Below, in pieces: positions 49,298 through 58,475 of a stretch of DNA of 64,000 nt (position 1 is the stretch's first letter; every line of letters starts with the position of its first letter). The position numbers were made by a program, and so were the translations under genes. The DNA comes from Terrimicrobiaceae bacterium (lineage in GTDB: Bacteria; Verrucomicrobiota; Verrucomicrobiia; Chthoniobacterales; Terrimicrobiaceae). Under the pieces are notes generated by a model. It was not told the DNA's origin. It made no database searches and saw nothing but the letters and a program-made list of their open reading frames with translations. The stretch lies in the NCBI GenBank assembly GCA_044342325.1, contig JBIIPZ010000008.1, positions 1-64,000 of the forward strand, read 5' to 3'.

Positions 49298-51627
49298 TTG
49301 TCGCCCCCCTTTTCGGGATTTTTTGGCCGCAGGCGCATGATTGCCCAGACGCCGAGAGCTGCGATAGCCAGCACCGTGATTTCTCCGAAGGTATCCAGCG
49401 CTCGGAAATCCACGAGAATGACATTCACCACGTTCCGCCCAAAGGCATGCGGCAGGCTGGACTCACCCATGAAAGCCGAGACGCTTTTGTCGGCCGTGCC
49501 AGCACCGAGTGCAAAAAGAATAACGAGTGTCATCACCGTTCCAAACCCCGTCGCGATGAGTGCATCCCTCAATTTGTTGGCTGGCTTTGATAGGTTCGCA
49601 AAGACGGGAAGCCTATAGAAAGCCAGCACGAAAAGCACCATGGCAAGCGTTTCAACAAGCACTTGTGTCATGGCAAGATCCGGTGCACTGAAGAGAAAAT
49701 AAAGCATGCCGACACCGAAGCCAACGACACCCAGTGCAAGAATCGCGTAGAAGCGCGACAAGGTGAGACATGCGGCGATTGCCGCAACAACAATCATCAG
49801 GCACACAACAACCGGAAGAAAGCGAATCGGTAGCAAATCACCAGTGGAGGGCATTTGGACATCCGTAGGCAGAGTCCAAAGCAAAAGCGCCGAGGTGAAA
49901 AACAAAACCGTAATGAGATAATTCCGCAGGTAGCCATTTTGAAGAAACGAGGTGAGGCGTCCTGCAAATTCGAGGGTGCCGGATAGGATCAACTCATATC
50001 CGCGCTCAGGACCGAGCCTCCCAAGGATAGCAAATCTTCCGGAGGCTGCGCGGATACGGGGGGCGGCGAGATAAAGTGCAACACCGAGCGCCATAGTCAA
50101 AGCACTCAATCCCAGTGCGACAGTCCACCCGTGCCAGAATTTATAAACGATCTCTTGCTCGTTGGAGCCAAGCACCGCATGCACCGAAGGGGCAATAAGC
50201 ATGCCCCCTGCAAAGCCTGGAAAAAGCCCGGCCGCGAGCCCCGCAAGGCTGAGCAAGATCGGACCGATCCACATCGTCCAGGGGGCCTCGTGCGGATGCT
50301 TGGGAGTAGGTCGCATCGGACCTGCAAAGGGCTTCCACGCAGCTGTGGAAGCAAGCGCAAACATCACCACACTCGCGGATACGCCGAGCACTTCCCAAAG
50401 AATTCCCAAGCCCTGAGTGTCGAGAAGCGCTTTGTAGAAATACTCCTTTCCGACAAATCCCAAAAGCGCTGGGAATCCTGCCATGGAGAGCCCGGCAAGG
50501 AGCGCAGCGGCTGCGGTGAAGGGCATTGCCCTCCTTAACCCGCCGACAGCATCCGGATCGCGCGTGCCAGTTTCGTGATCTATCGAGCCCGCGCACATAA
50601 ACAGGGCAGCTTTGTATAAGGCGTGAGCAAGAAGATAGACCATCGCTGCCTTCACAGCGGCCTCGGTGCCGATTCCCAGAAGCATGGTCAATGTTCCGAG
50701 AACCGCGAGGGTGCTGTAAGCGAGGATTTTTTTCAGATCCCGCTGGCCGAGTCCCATCACCACACCAATCATCATCGTCACCGCACCCACGGGAGCGACG
50801 ATCGGGATCCAAAGCGGGCTCGCAGAAAGCAACGGATGCAGGCGGGCGAGCAAAAAGACGCCAGCCTTCACCATTGTCGCGGAATGCAGATAGGAACTAA
50901 CCGGTGCCGGAGCCTCCATGGCGTTTGGCAACCAGAAGTGGAACGGAAATTGCGCGGATTTGGTGAAGGCACCCAGGAGGATGAGCACGAGCACGACAGG
51001 AAATCCGGGTTCGGAGACCAACCGCACAGCATCAAGGGCATTAAGCTCAGAGATGCGAAACGTTCCCGCCATGCGCCCGAGCAAAAGCATGCCCGCAAGC
51101 ATGGCGAGGCCACCGGTGCCGGTCACAAGGAGAGCTTGGAGAGCTGAAGCCCGCGAGCGCGGAGCTGTGTGGTAGTAACCAATGAGCAAATACGAGGAGA
51201 TACTGGTTAACTCCCAGAACACAAACATGGCAACCAAGTGGTCGGAGCTGACCACACCCAGCATCGAGCCCATGAATCCAAAGAGGTAGAGATAAAATCT
51301 CCCGAGATCTTTTTTTCCGTGAAGGTATCCCGCCGCATACCATGTCACGAATACCCCGATGCCGCTGATGAGAAGAAGGAACAGCAACGAGAGTCCATCG
51401 ATACGAAGATCAAGGGCGAGGCCAAGTGAGGGAACCCACTCCCTGCGAAATTCCACGACCCCGCCGGCCGAAACCAGGGGAATCATCGAGGCGTAGAGAA
51501 AGGCTGCGGCGAGTGGGATGAGACCCAGCAAAATGCCGCACCGGTCACCGAGTCGACGATGCAACCACGGAGCGGCAAATGCCGCGCCGAAAACAGCTGC
51601 TACTGCGATGGCGGAAAGTTGTCCCAT
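49294..51627 (-). CDS. mnhA: Mrp Na+/H+ antiporter subunit A
   Basis: FWELTSISSYLLIG, TKSAQFPFHFWLP.AM.AP.PVS.YLHSATMVKAG, NVVNVILVDFRALDT.GE. Confidence 0.96.
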   Translation of the reverse strand: MGQLSAIAVAAVFGAAFAAPWLHRRLGDRCGILLGLIPLAAAFLYASMIPLVSAGGVVEFRREWVPSLGLALDLRIDGLSLLFLLLISGIGVFVTWYAAGYLHGKKDLGRFYLYLFGFMGSMLGVVSSDHLVAMFVFWELTSISSYLLIGYYHTAPRSRASALQALLVTGTGGLAMLAGMLLLGRMAGTFRISELNALDAVRLVSEPGFPVVLVLILLGAFTKSAQFPFHFWLPNAMEAPAPVSSYLHSATMVKAGVFLLARLHPLLSASPLWIPIVAPVGAVTMMIGVVMGLGQRDLKKILAYSTLAVLGTLTMLLGIGTEAAVKAAMVYLLAHALYKAALFMCAGSIDHETGTRDPDAVGGLRRAMPFTAAAALLAGLSMAGFPALLGFVGKEYFYKALLDTQGLGILWEVLGVSASVVMFALASTAAWKPFAGPMRPTPKHPHEAPWTMWIGPILLSLAGLAAGLFPGFAGGMLIAPSVHAVLGSNEQEIVYKFWHGWTVALGLSALTMALGVALYLAAPRIRAASGRFAILGRLGPERGYELILSGTLEFAGRLTSFLQNGYLRNYLITVLFFTSALLLWTLPTDVQMPSTGDLLPIRFLPVVVCLMIVVAAIAACLTLSRFYAILALGVVGFGVGMLYFLFSAPDLAMTQVLVETLAMVLFVLAFYRLPVFANLSKPANKLRDALIATGFGTVMTLVILFALGAGTADKSVSAFMGESSLPHAFGRNVVNVILVDFRALDTFGEITVLAIAALGVWAIMRLRPKNPEKGGDK

Positions 51628-51889
51628 GAATATGCAAAAAGCCCCGGAATGGCCTCCAAGAGGCTGGCGACAAAGCACGATCCCGCCACCCAAGTCAAGT
51701 GCAACAGGTGCGATGGGAATCCAAGAAAACCATCCCGCCTACAACCTCACCACAACGGCTATTGCCCAATCAGCAAGAATATCTAAGAGGACCGCTCCAC
51801 AATTTCAAACCCGATGGAGAGTGGATCATTCTCGAAGCTCTGCGTGGAGGATGCGATCATCCGCAGCAGGACTCCGCCAGAAGGCGCGG

Positions 51890-52180
51890 GTGTGGCTCTT
51901 GTGGGTTTGAGGGGCTTTTTTTCAAACCAGTCGCGCTGCACGGTAATGGTGCAACGGGCTCCGGGTAGTCCGGCCGTTACCGGCGAGATGGGCTCGAGGG
52001 CGGCTTTGCGGGTGTCAATGCGCCCGTGATCCTCTTCGCAACTCAGCTCAAAAAGGGGAGCCCTTTAGTGCCTCGCCAACTCCCTTAAGGCGCCTGAAGG
52101 TATTTACTTTTGTGCAGCAAGGTAGTCGCCACCCTTCTCCAAGATGACCCGCGCGGTGGCCTCTTTGTTGTGGGGAGGAG
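51890..52180 (-). mobile_element. Degenerate ISAs1-like transposase remnant
   Basis: Frameshifted minus-strand pieces HNKEATARVILEKGGDYL / NTFRRLKG..EALKGSPF / EEDHGRIDTR...AGLPGAR..ITVQR..FEKK match the GGDY...K.N and HGRI(E/D)TR motifs. Confidence 0.7.
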
Positions 52181-52473
52181 TTTTTTTCTTCTGCCCTGAG
52201 TTCATAGGTTGCTTGGCTTTCAAACCAAACGCCATGTTCATGGCCTGCTCGCCTGCCACCACCGCCTGCAGCCCGTCATCAAAATCTATGTCATCAGGAA
52301 TGCGGAAAAAACTCGGCGCGCGGAGCGTGTTAGCTGTGACATGGCGCAATTGGATTAACACAAAACAGCCAACGGGCAAACGGCATCAATCTCCGCATCG
52401 CCCGTAGTGGCTCTCGTTCGGCGGGGGGGAATTGATTTGCATGGGGTGCGTCGCGGGATTGATAGTCGCGGGC

Positions 52474-53070
52474 ATGTTTACTGGACTTGTTGAGGAAGCG
52501 GGGCGCTGCGAGTGGCTGAGAATCGGGGAGTCGGGCGCTCAATTAGCGATTCGCGCTCCGCACATTTCCGATACGGTGCGCATTGGCGACAGCGTGGCGG
52601 TCAATGGTTGCTGCCTCACGGTGACGCGGACTGCGGATTCGGTGATGGAATTCGATCTCCTTGTTGAAACCCTGCGCCGCACGAATCTGGAATCTCTCGT
52701 TTCCGGTGCGGGGGTGAATCTCGAGCGCTCGCTGGCGGCGGATGGGCGCCTGGGCGGGCATTTCGTGCAGGGGCATGTGGATACCACCACAAAGGTTCGC
52801 TCCGCTGCGCGGCATGGTGCGGACATTCGTTTGGATTTTGAAATGCCTTCTGAATTCGCCTGCTACCTTGCTTACAAAGGTTCGGTGGCCATCAACGGGG
52901 TGAGCCTCACTGTTGCGGAAGTCGGGACCGACACTTTCACCGTTTGGATCATTCCCCACACGGCCTCAGCCACAAATCTCGGCGCTCTTGCAGCGGGGCA
53001 CACCGTCAATCTCGAGTGCGACATGCTGGCGAAATACACCGCCCGCATCCTCGAGTGTCGGCGCGGTTGA
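52474..53070 (+). CDS. ribE: Riboflavin synthase (alpha chain; ribC in E. coli nomenclature)
   Basis: MFTGLVEE, GDSVAVNGCCLTV, GGHFVQGHVD, GVSLTV, VNLE.D. Confidence 0.96.
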   Translation: MFTGLVEEAGRCEWLRIGESGAQLAIRAPHISDTVRIGDSVAVNGCCLTVTRTADSVMEFDLLVETLRRTNLESLVSGAGVNLERSLAADGRLGGHFVQGHVDTTTKVRSAARHGADIRLDFEMPSEFACYLAYKGSVAINGVSLTVAEVGTDTFTVWIIPHTASATNLGALAAGHTVNLECDMLAKYTARILECRRG

Positions 53071-53081
53071 CCGGCCCGGCT

Positions 53082-53468
53082 TTATTCCAAACCACGCTCG
53101 GAGAGGTCACCCTCGTCGAGCCCGAGGTAGTGGCCGAGTTCATGGAGGAATGTGATGCGCACCTCCTCGCGATAGGCGTCCTCCTCGGCCTCACACATAT
53201 CCCAGAGATTTCCCAGCCACAGCACGATCCTCGGCATTTGAGGGCTTGCTGGATCCGTGGCATCCGCGCCTTCGAAGAGGCCGAGTTGGTCGCTATCCAC
53301 GCCATCCGCCTCATGTGCCGTCGAGGGGAATTCCTCCAGCACCATGGCCACCTCGCTCAGAGCGTCGCGAAGTGGTGCAGGTAGCTCCGAGCGGGTTTTT
53401 TCGATTTCCTCGGTGGCCACTTCCATCAGGTAGGCAAATGGCGCGTCGGGATTGTTTTCAAAGTTCAT
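53082..53468 (-). CDS. Minimal zincin-like metallopeptidase (DUF1025/Zincin_1-like)
   Basis: LGLFEG, EEVRITFLHELGHYLGLDE. Confidence 0.87.
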   Translation of the reverse strand: MNFENNPDAPFAYLMEVATEEIEKTRSELPAPLRDALSEVAMVLEEFPSTAHEADGVDSDQLGLFEGADATDPASPQMPRIVLWLGNLWDMCEAEEDAYREEVRITFLHELGHYLGLDEGDLSERGLE

Positions 53469-53588
53469 GGCCTTTTTTCGGAGCCATCGGCTCAGACGCA
53501 GCACACATTCAGTGGCTCATCGAAAAAAGCCAGTAATTCTGTTTTCAAAAGCGGATGCCTTAAACTAACGTGCGCACTTGATTTCGTT

Positions 53589-54248
53589 ATGGGCCCCGAA
53601 CACGAGTTTATTGAAAAAAGCCTCGAACTTTGCCAGAGCGGAGACATGGAAGAACTTGCTCGCGTCTATTTAGAGCTTCTTCCATTGCTTCAAGGATACC
53701 TCCAAAACCTTGGCGCCTCTTCGCTCGAGGCGGAAACGCTGGCGGTCGAAGTTCTGAGTGATTGTTTGGTTGGAACTCTGAGTCGCCCGCCTCTGATCAA
53801 TAAATGCCAGGGGCGCAGTTCTCTCGCCACCTGGATGAGTGCTGTGGCCAGAAACCGATACTATGATTTTATGCGTGGACAAAAAATGGATCGCGCCATC
53901 GCCTCGGATCTTCAAGAGGCCTTGGTCGCAGGGGATCAGTGGGTTGAAACCCGCGTTCAAGATGAACACCTTTTCGAGGCTTTGCGCTCGGCGTTGGTTC
54001 GGGCTTTTCAAGCCTTATCAGCCACTGATGCCGTTCTCCTCCACTTGGTGCATGGCCACAAGGTGGATCAACGCATTCTCGCGAGATCACTTGGTTGGTC
54101 GGATACCAAGATGAGCCGCCATCTCGCATCCCTCCGATGTAATCTGAAGCTCCATGTCCAATCCTTGCTCCGCGATGTGGAGAGAGGCGATCCGCCAAGC
54201 TGGGAGGACCTGATTCAGGTTTGCGGTCAAATGGTTGAACCACTCTGA
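53589..54248 (+). CDS. ECF-type sigma-70 factor
   Basis: Region 2 SSLATWMSAVARNRYYDFMR; region 4 HTH ALSATDAVLLHL...QRILARSLGWSDTKMSRHL; short C-terminal extension. Confidence 0.82.
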   Translation: MGPEHEFIEKSLELCQSGDMEELARVYLELLPLLQGYLQNLGASSLEAETLAVEVLSDCLVGTLSRPPLINKCQGRSSLATWMSAVARNRYYDFMRGQKMDRAIASDLQEALVAGDQWVETRVQDEHLFEALRSALVRAFQALSATDAVLLHLVHGHKVDQRILARSLGWSDTKMSRHLASLRCNLKLHVQSLLRDVERGDPPSWEDLIQVCGQMVEPL

Positions 54249-54254
54249 AAAACA

Positions 54255-54527
54255 ATGGCTACTCTTTCCTTTGATTCCACCCCAGACGATGCGCCGTTCC
54301 AGTTTCTTCTCGATATGTTTCTGCGCGCCGAGTCATTGGCTTGTTTTGCTGGTCACTCTGACGAAGAAGAAATCAACGGAACTATGCAGGAAATGGCGGC
54401 GGGTCGCCTCGCCCCGGTCGATGTGCAGGAGCTTTTCGGTAAGCTCAGGTCGGATCCCTCCGCCGTGGCCCGCCTCGCCTCACTGCTCCAAGAATCCAGG
54501 GGTGGCGATCGGGAGGCTGAGGAATGA
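54255..54527 (+). CDS. Small acidic helical hypothetical protein (90 aa)
   Basis: Starts 6 bp after the sigma stop; ATGA overlap with the next gene; no TM segment. Confidence 0.65.
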   Translation: MATLSFDSTPDDAPFQFLLDMFLRAESLACFAGHSDEEEINGTMQEMAAGRLAPVDVQELFGKLRSDPSAVARLASLLQESRGGDREAEE

Positions 54528-55159
54528 AGGGCGATAACTCGCGTTACATCATTCCGGCAGCCGCATTGCCCGATGGCATCCAACTCCCGCAGGGAACCGG
54601 CCTGGTGATGGATGCTTGGATGGACGCGCAAGCTGGTGCGATCTGCCGGGGCGAGTGGAGTGGATGGCCCTGCGCCGGGGGATTTGATTTGCTGCGCGAT
54701 GCGGTGACTGCCACCGATGCGGATGACGGAGTGCTCTGGTTGGTGGACGATGTGAAACGCGAGCTGCGTCCCTGCTTCAGCATCGGGCAGCATTGTGAAA
54801 TCTTTCTCAAAGAGATTCGTCAACCGCTCACCTCGGGCTTGATCAGCATGGTTTTTTTCACCGAGGACTCGATCTGCGAAGCTGAAGTTAGACGCCGGAG
54901 CGAGTATTGCCCGGATGTCGATTCGCGTCTCGGCGCGAAGACAAAAGCCATGATTGCGGTCCCGATCTTTTTTGCACAGCGGTGCAGGGGAGTTTTTTCG
55001 GCCGTTCTCTTCGAGGTTAGTTCCCAAGTGACGCATAAGGAGGCCTTCCTACACTCGGATTTTGAAACGCTCTCTCAGGCGGCCACGCTCTGGGGCGAGT
55101 TGATGGATTCGCAACTCGCTGGAGTCGGAATACAAGGCGGCGCAAACTCGGGTTTATGA
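54524..55159 (+). CDS. Stand-alone GAF-domain protein
   Basis: ADDGVLWLVD, GLISMVF.T, VDSRLG.KTKAMIAVPI....CRGVFSAV, F..SD.E.L pattern; no output domain. Confidence 0.8.
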   Translation: MKGDNSRYIIPAAALPDGIQLPQGTGLVMDAWMDAQAGAICRGEWSGWPCAGGFDLLRDAVTATDADDGVLWLVDDVKRELRPCFSIGQHCEIFLKEIRQPLTSGLISMVFFTEDSICEAEVRRRSEYCPDVDSRLGAKTKAMIAVPIFFAQRCRGVFSAVLFEVSSQVTHKEAFLHSDFETLSQAATLWGELMDSQLAGVGIQGGANSGL

Positions 55160-55920
55160 GTGGAGTCATTCGCTGGGAGGACTTCCCGGATGCCGTGCGG
55201 CGTGGTGACGGGCGAGGGGTGAGGATTGCGGTGCTTGATTCCGGCATCGAAAGGCTTCATCCGGGATTTGAAGGGGCTCACTTTGATGACGATCTTTGCT
55301 TTGCGACTACGGAAAATGGCGAGGCTCCAAATGATGCCGGCGGGATGGATTTCTTTGGTCATGGAACGGCTGTGGCATCGGTGCTTCTTCAGACCGCCCC
55401 CGCTGTCACGATCGGCAGCTTCCGCGTTCTTGGCGGCGAGGCTTACGGTCGGGATGAAATCATTCGCCGGGCCGCATTGGAGGCCATAGCGCGTGGATAC
55501 CACATCATCCACTGCAGCTTTGGCGCGAGCGGGTCGCCATTCACCGTGATGTCGTTCAAATCGTGGATCGATGCCGCGTATCTAGCCGGCGTTCATATTG
55601 TCGCGGCCTGCAATAATGGCGGATCATCTGTGCGTGTTTGGCCAGCGCATTTTTCAAGCGTGGTCGCGGTGGATTCCGCCGCTGGGGTTTCCAGCGGGCA
55701 AATCCAGAGGCGTGCTGGATCGCTTGTGGAGTTCGCTACTCTGGGAGGCGTTCGGGCGCGTTTGCCTTGGAAGGATAAAACGATGCGCAACATTGCGGGA
55801 ACGAGCTTTTCCGCCCCAGTGGCCACGGGCCTCATGGCCAGGATTCTCTCCATCCATCCCGACATTCATCCCGACCAGATGAAGATGATTCTGCGGGAAA
55901 TCGCCGAGCCTGCGGAGTAG
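55156..55920 (+). CDS. Minimal subtilisin-family (S8) serine peptidase without signal peptide or prodomain
   Basis: GRGVRIAVLDSG (Asp), GHGTAVA (His), AACNN (oxyanion Asn), GTSFSAP (Ser); 254 aa. Confidence 0.9.
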   Translation: MSGVIRWEDFPDAVRRGDGRGVRIAVLDSGIERLHPGFEGAHFDDDLCFATTENGEAPNDAGGMDFFGHGTAVASVLLQTAPAVTIGSFRVLGGEAYGRDEIIRRAALEAIARGYHIIHCSFGASGSPFTVMSFKSWIDAAYLAGVHIVAACNNGGSSVRVWPAHFSSVVAVDSAAGVSSGQIQRRAGSLVEFATLGGVRARLPWKDKTMRNIAGTSFSAPVATGLMARILSIHPDIHPDQMKMILREIAEPAE

Positions 55921-55950
55921 CAGGCTGATGGTGAGTGGTTGGCCGCTTCC

Positions 55951-57528
55951 CTACTGGATCGAGGGAGGAACGGGGCCGGTTTTGGGAACGAGGCGGAGAA
56001 TGACCGTGCGGTTGCGCGCAGCGGCATTTGGGACATCGCTCGAGAAAGGCTGGGTCATGCCGCCGGTCGAACTCACAAGCAGGCGCTCTGCGGGAAAGTT
56101 GCTATCCTCGCGCAAGACTTCCGTGGCGGCCACAGCACGGCGAAGTCCGAGCGTGTAGTTATCGCGGAATGGTGACTGCTGGCGCATGGCAGTGCCGTCC
56201 GTCTGGCCTTCGATGATAAGCCAGAAGTCCGGAGCGTTCTTGGCGATCAATGCTCCTGTGAGAGCAAGTTGCTCGCGGCCTTTTTTATCCACTTTCAAGC
56301 CTGAAGCGAAGATGCCTTCTTCAAACTTGATGCGTATCTCGTTTTTGTTGCTGGTGATCACGCAGCCGGGGAGTTCCATGAGGCTTGGGAGCAGGCGGTT
56401 GATTGCTTCCAGATTCTGGTCGGGAGCAGGCGCTGCCGCAACAGGGGCAATCGGTGCGGTGCGGGCGGGCACTTCCGGCGTCAGGGTCACAGGCTTCGGT
56501 GTCGGAGCCTCTACAAGTGCGACTGGCGCAGGCGTAGGTGCAGGTGTGGAAATCGTCTCGGTCACAGCGGCAGGCATCGGCGCGGAGGCGGAGATGTTTG
56601 CCTGAGATGCGATCGGCTCATCGTTGTCGTTATGTTTATAAACAACCTGAAATTCCGGCAACACGGGCATGGTGGGTTGCGGCTTAGGCTGGGCGAGCGG
56701 CGAGGGGGCCGGTTCGCCGGGATTGAGGAGTTCTTTGATGCCGAATCCTGCGGCGCCAAGAACGACCAGAATCACAACCCAGTAAGCGAGTTTCCGAAAG
56801 GCGTTCATGCCTCCACCGGAGCGGTCGCCATTGCGAGAGGGAGGAAGCGGAACGGCTCCGGGCTTGTTGTAGGGACGCGATATCTCCACGGCATCGGTGT
56901 CGTGTGAGGTCTCGCGGTTTGTTTCGCGGAATGCCGGGAGGGCAGATGCTGAGGGCTGAACAGCTTTACGAATCTTCGGTTCTCTCGGTGCAGGAGCCGC
57001 TTTGGAAGATTTTTTGCCCTGCGATTTTTCAGAGATTTGGGCCATGAGCTCTAGGGCGGAGGTAGAGCGAGCCGGTGCCTTGCGGGCGGCTTTAGCTGCG
57101 GGTTTGGCAGGAGCCTCTTCTTCGTCTGGTTGCTCGATCACTTCGCTGACACCGCTGAATTCGTCAATCTCACGCACTTCGCCGACGGAATCGAAATCGT
57201 CATCACCGACCGAGCCAACCATTTCCTCGACCACTGGCTTGATTTGCCGAGCCACGGTGGACTCGGCTTTTTGAAGCTTGGCGGGAAAATCGACCTCGGC
57301 TGGTTCGCCCACTGATTCTTCAGGCAGATTGGTGGCTTCGCCATCGCGTTCGCGCATCCAATTTTCCAGTGCGAACCGGTTGAACCGCCACTGGCGTCCG
57401 ACTTTCACTCCGGGCAATTGCCCCTCGCTGCAGAGTTTCAAGAGTGTGGACTTGGGCATTTTGAGGAAGACTGCCGCCTCGTCGCCGTTCATCACTTCAT
57501 TTTGGGGAGTTGTTTGATCGTTTGCCAT
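55951..57528 (-). CDS. Fusion protein: excisionase-type HTH, disordered linker, TM helix, Pro-rich linker and OmpA/MotB-like domain
   Basis: VMNGDEAAVFLKMPKSTLLKL...GQLPGVKVGRQWRF; RKLAYWVVILVVLGAAGFGI; IEGQTD...NYTLGLRRA...NRTV. Confidence 0.85.
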   Translation of the reverse strand: MANDQTTPQNEVMNGDEAAVFLKMPKSTLLKLCSEGQLPGVKVGRQWRFNRFALENWMRERDGEATNLPEESVGEPAEVDFPAKLQKAESTVARQIKPVVEEMVGSVGDDDFDSVGEVREIDEFSGVSEVIEQPDEEEAPAKPAAKAARKAPARSTSALELMAQISEKSQGKKSSKAAPAPREPKIRKAVQPSASALPAFRETNRETSHDTDAVEISRPYNKPGAVPLPPSRNGDRSGGGMNAFRKLAYWVVILVVLGAAGFGIKELLNPGEPAPSPLAQPKPQPTMPVLPEFQVVYKHNDNDEPIASQANISASAPMPAAVTETISTPAPTPAPVALVEAPTPKPVTLTPEVPARTAPIAPVAAAPAPDQNLEAINRLLPSLMELPGCVITSNKNEIRIKFEEGIFASGLKVDKKGREQLALTGALIAKNAPDFWLIIEGQTDGTAMRQQSPFRDNYTLGLRRAVAATEVLREDSNFPAERLLVSSTGGMTQPFSSDVPNAAARNRTVILRLVPKTGPVPPSIQ

Positions 57529-57635
57529 GCCAGATTTGTGGGGAGCGAACCTGCAATAAAAAGCAGGCGGATGCAAACATTGCTTTTCGGGTTTGTCGTT
57601 GCCGGATGCGGATTTTTTCGAGAATGCTTGAGGAA

Positions 57636-58475
57636 ATGAAAAGCGTTCGAGTGCGAGTGCCGGCTACTACGGCAAATCTGGGGCCTGGTTTTGATGCGAT
57701 GGGAATCGCCCTGCGTATTTACAATACAACCACCGTCGCGCGCGGGAGAGGAACCGATCCCGGCGACATGGCCCAAGCTGCGGCGGATCTGTTTTTTCAG
57801 ACCTCGGGGCTGAAGAAATTTGATTTCCACTGGAGTGTGGAAGGCGATGTGCCGAGGTCGCGCGGTCTTGGCAGCAGCGTCACCGTGCGACTTGGTGTGT
57901 TGCATGGACTCAACGCGCTGGCTGGCAAGCCGCTGGATCGACAAGCGGTCTTCAAGCTCTGCGCGGAATTGGAGGGCCACCCCGACAACGCCGCGCCTGG
58001 GGCCTTCGGGGGCTTCTGCATCGCTCCCAAAGCCGGTCCATTGCAGCGTTATCCAGTCGGTGAGGAACTGGCCTTTGTTCTGCTGATTCCTGACATGGAG
58101 CTAGAGACATCCAAGGCTCGTGGCGTTCTTCCATCAAAAATCCCACTCTCCGATGCCGCTCTCTCGGTGGGTAACGCAGCGGCCATCGCCGGGGCGTTTG
58201 CCAGCGGCGACTACCGTAAGTTGGCAGGTTGCTTCGAGGATCGCCTGCACCAACCTTACCGCGCCAAACTCATGCCGTTTCTGGATGATGTCATCGCCGC
58301 CGGATGCGCAGCAGGCGCCCTCGGGGGCTGGCTGAGTGGAGCTGGATCGACTGTAGCCTGCGTAGCGCTTCGCCGTCCGGACAAGGTGGCAAATGCCATG
58401 ATCTCGGCCTGCGGACTCGAATCCGCCTGCGCCGTCGTGGTGCGCGCTGACAATGCCGGGGTGAAAATCGCATGA
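57636..58475 (+). CDS. thrB: Homoserine kinase
   Basis: VPATTANLGPGFD, PRSRGLGSS, EGHPDN, DRLHQPYR, LSGAGST. Confidence 0.96.
   Translation: MKSVRVRVPATTANLGPGFDAMGIALRIYNTTTVARGRGTDPGDMAQAAADLFFQTSGLKKFDFHWSVEGDVPRSRGLGSSVTVRLGVLHGLNALAGKPLDRQAVFKLCAELEGHPDNAAPGAFGGFCIAPKAGPLQRYPVGEELAFVLLIPDMELETSKARGVLPSKIPLSDAALSVGNAAAIAGAFASGDYRKLAGCFEDRLHQPYRAKLMPFLDDVIAAGCAAGALGGWLSGAGSTVACVALRRPDKVANAMISACGLESACAVVVRADNAGVKIA

Noticed and set aside
51628..51800. Na+/Li+ riboswitch upstream of mnhA
   Set aside because: Only a short hairpin and a repeated GGCGGGAT are visible; I cannot match a consensus by eye, so an Rfam scan is needed.
52190..52379. 91-aa ORF 52104-52379 as a real gene
   Set aside because: Its 3' part is the ISAs1-like relic and the 5' part is unrecognisable; probably a chimeric scar.
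52380..52473. FMN riboswitch upstream of riboflavin synthase
   Set aside because: No RFN consensus is present, and a promoter-like motif lies directly before the ATG.
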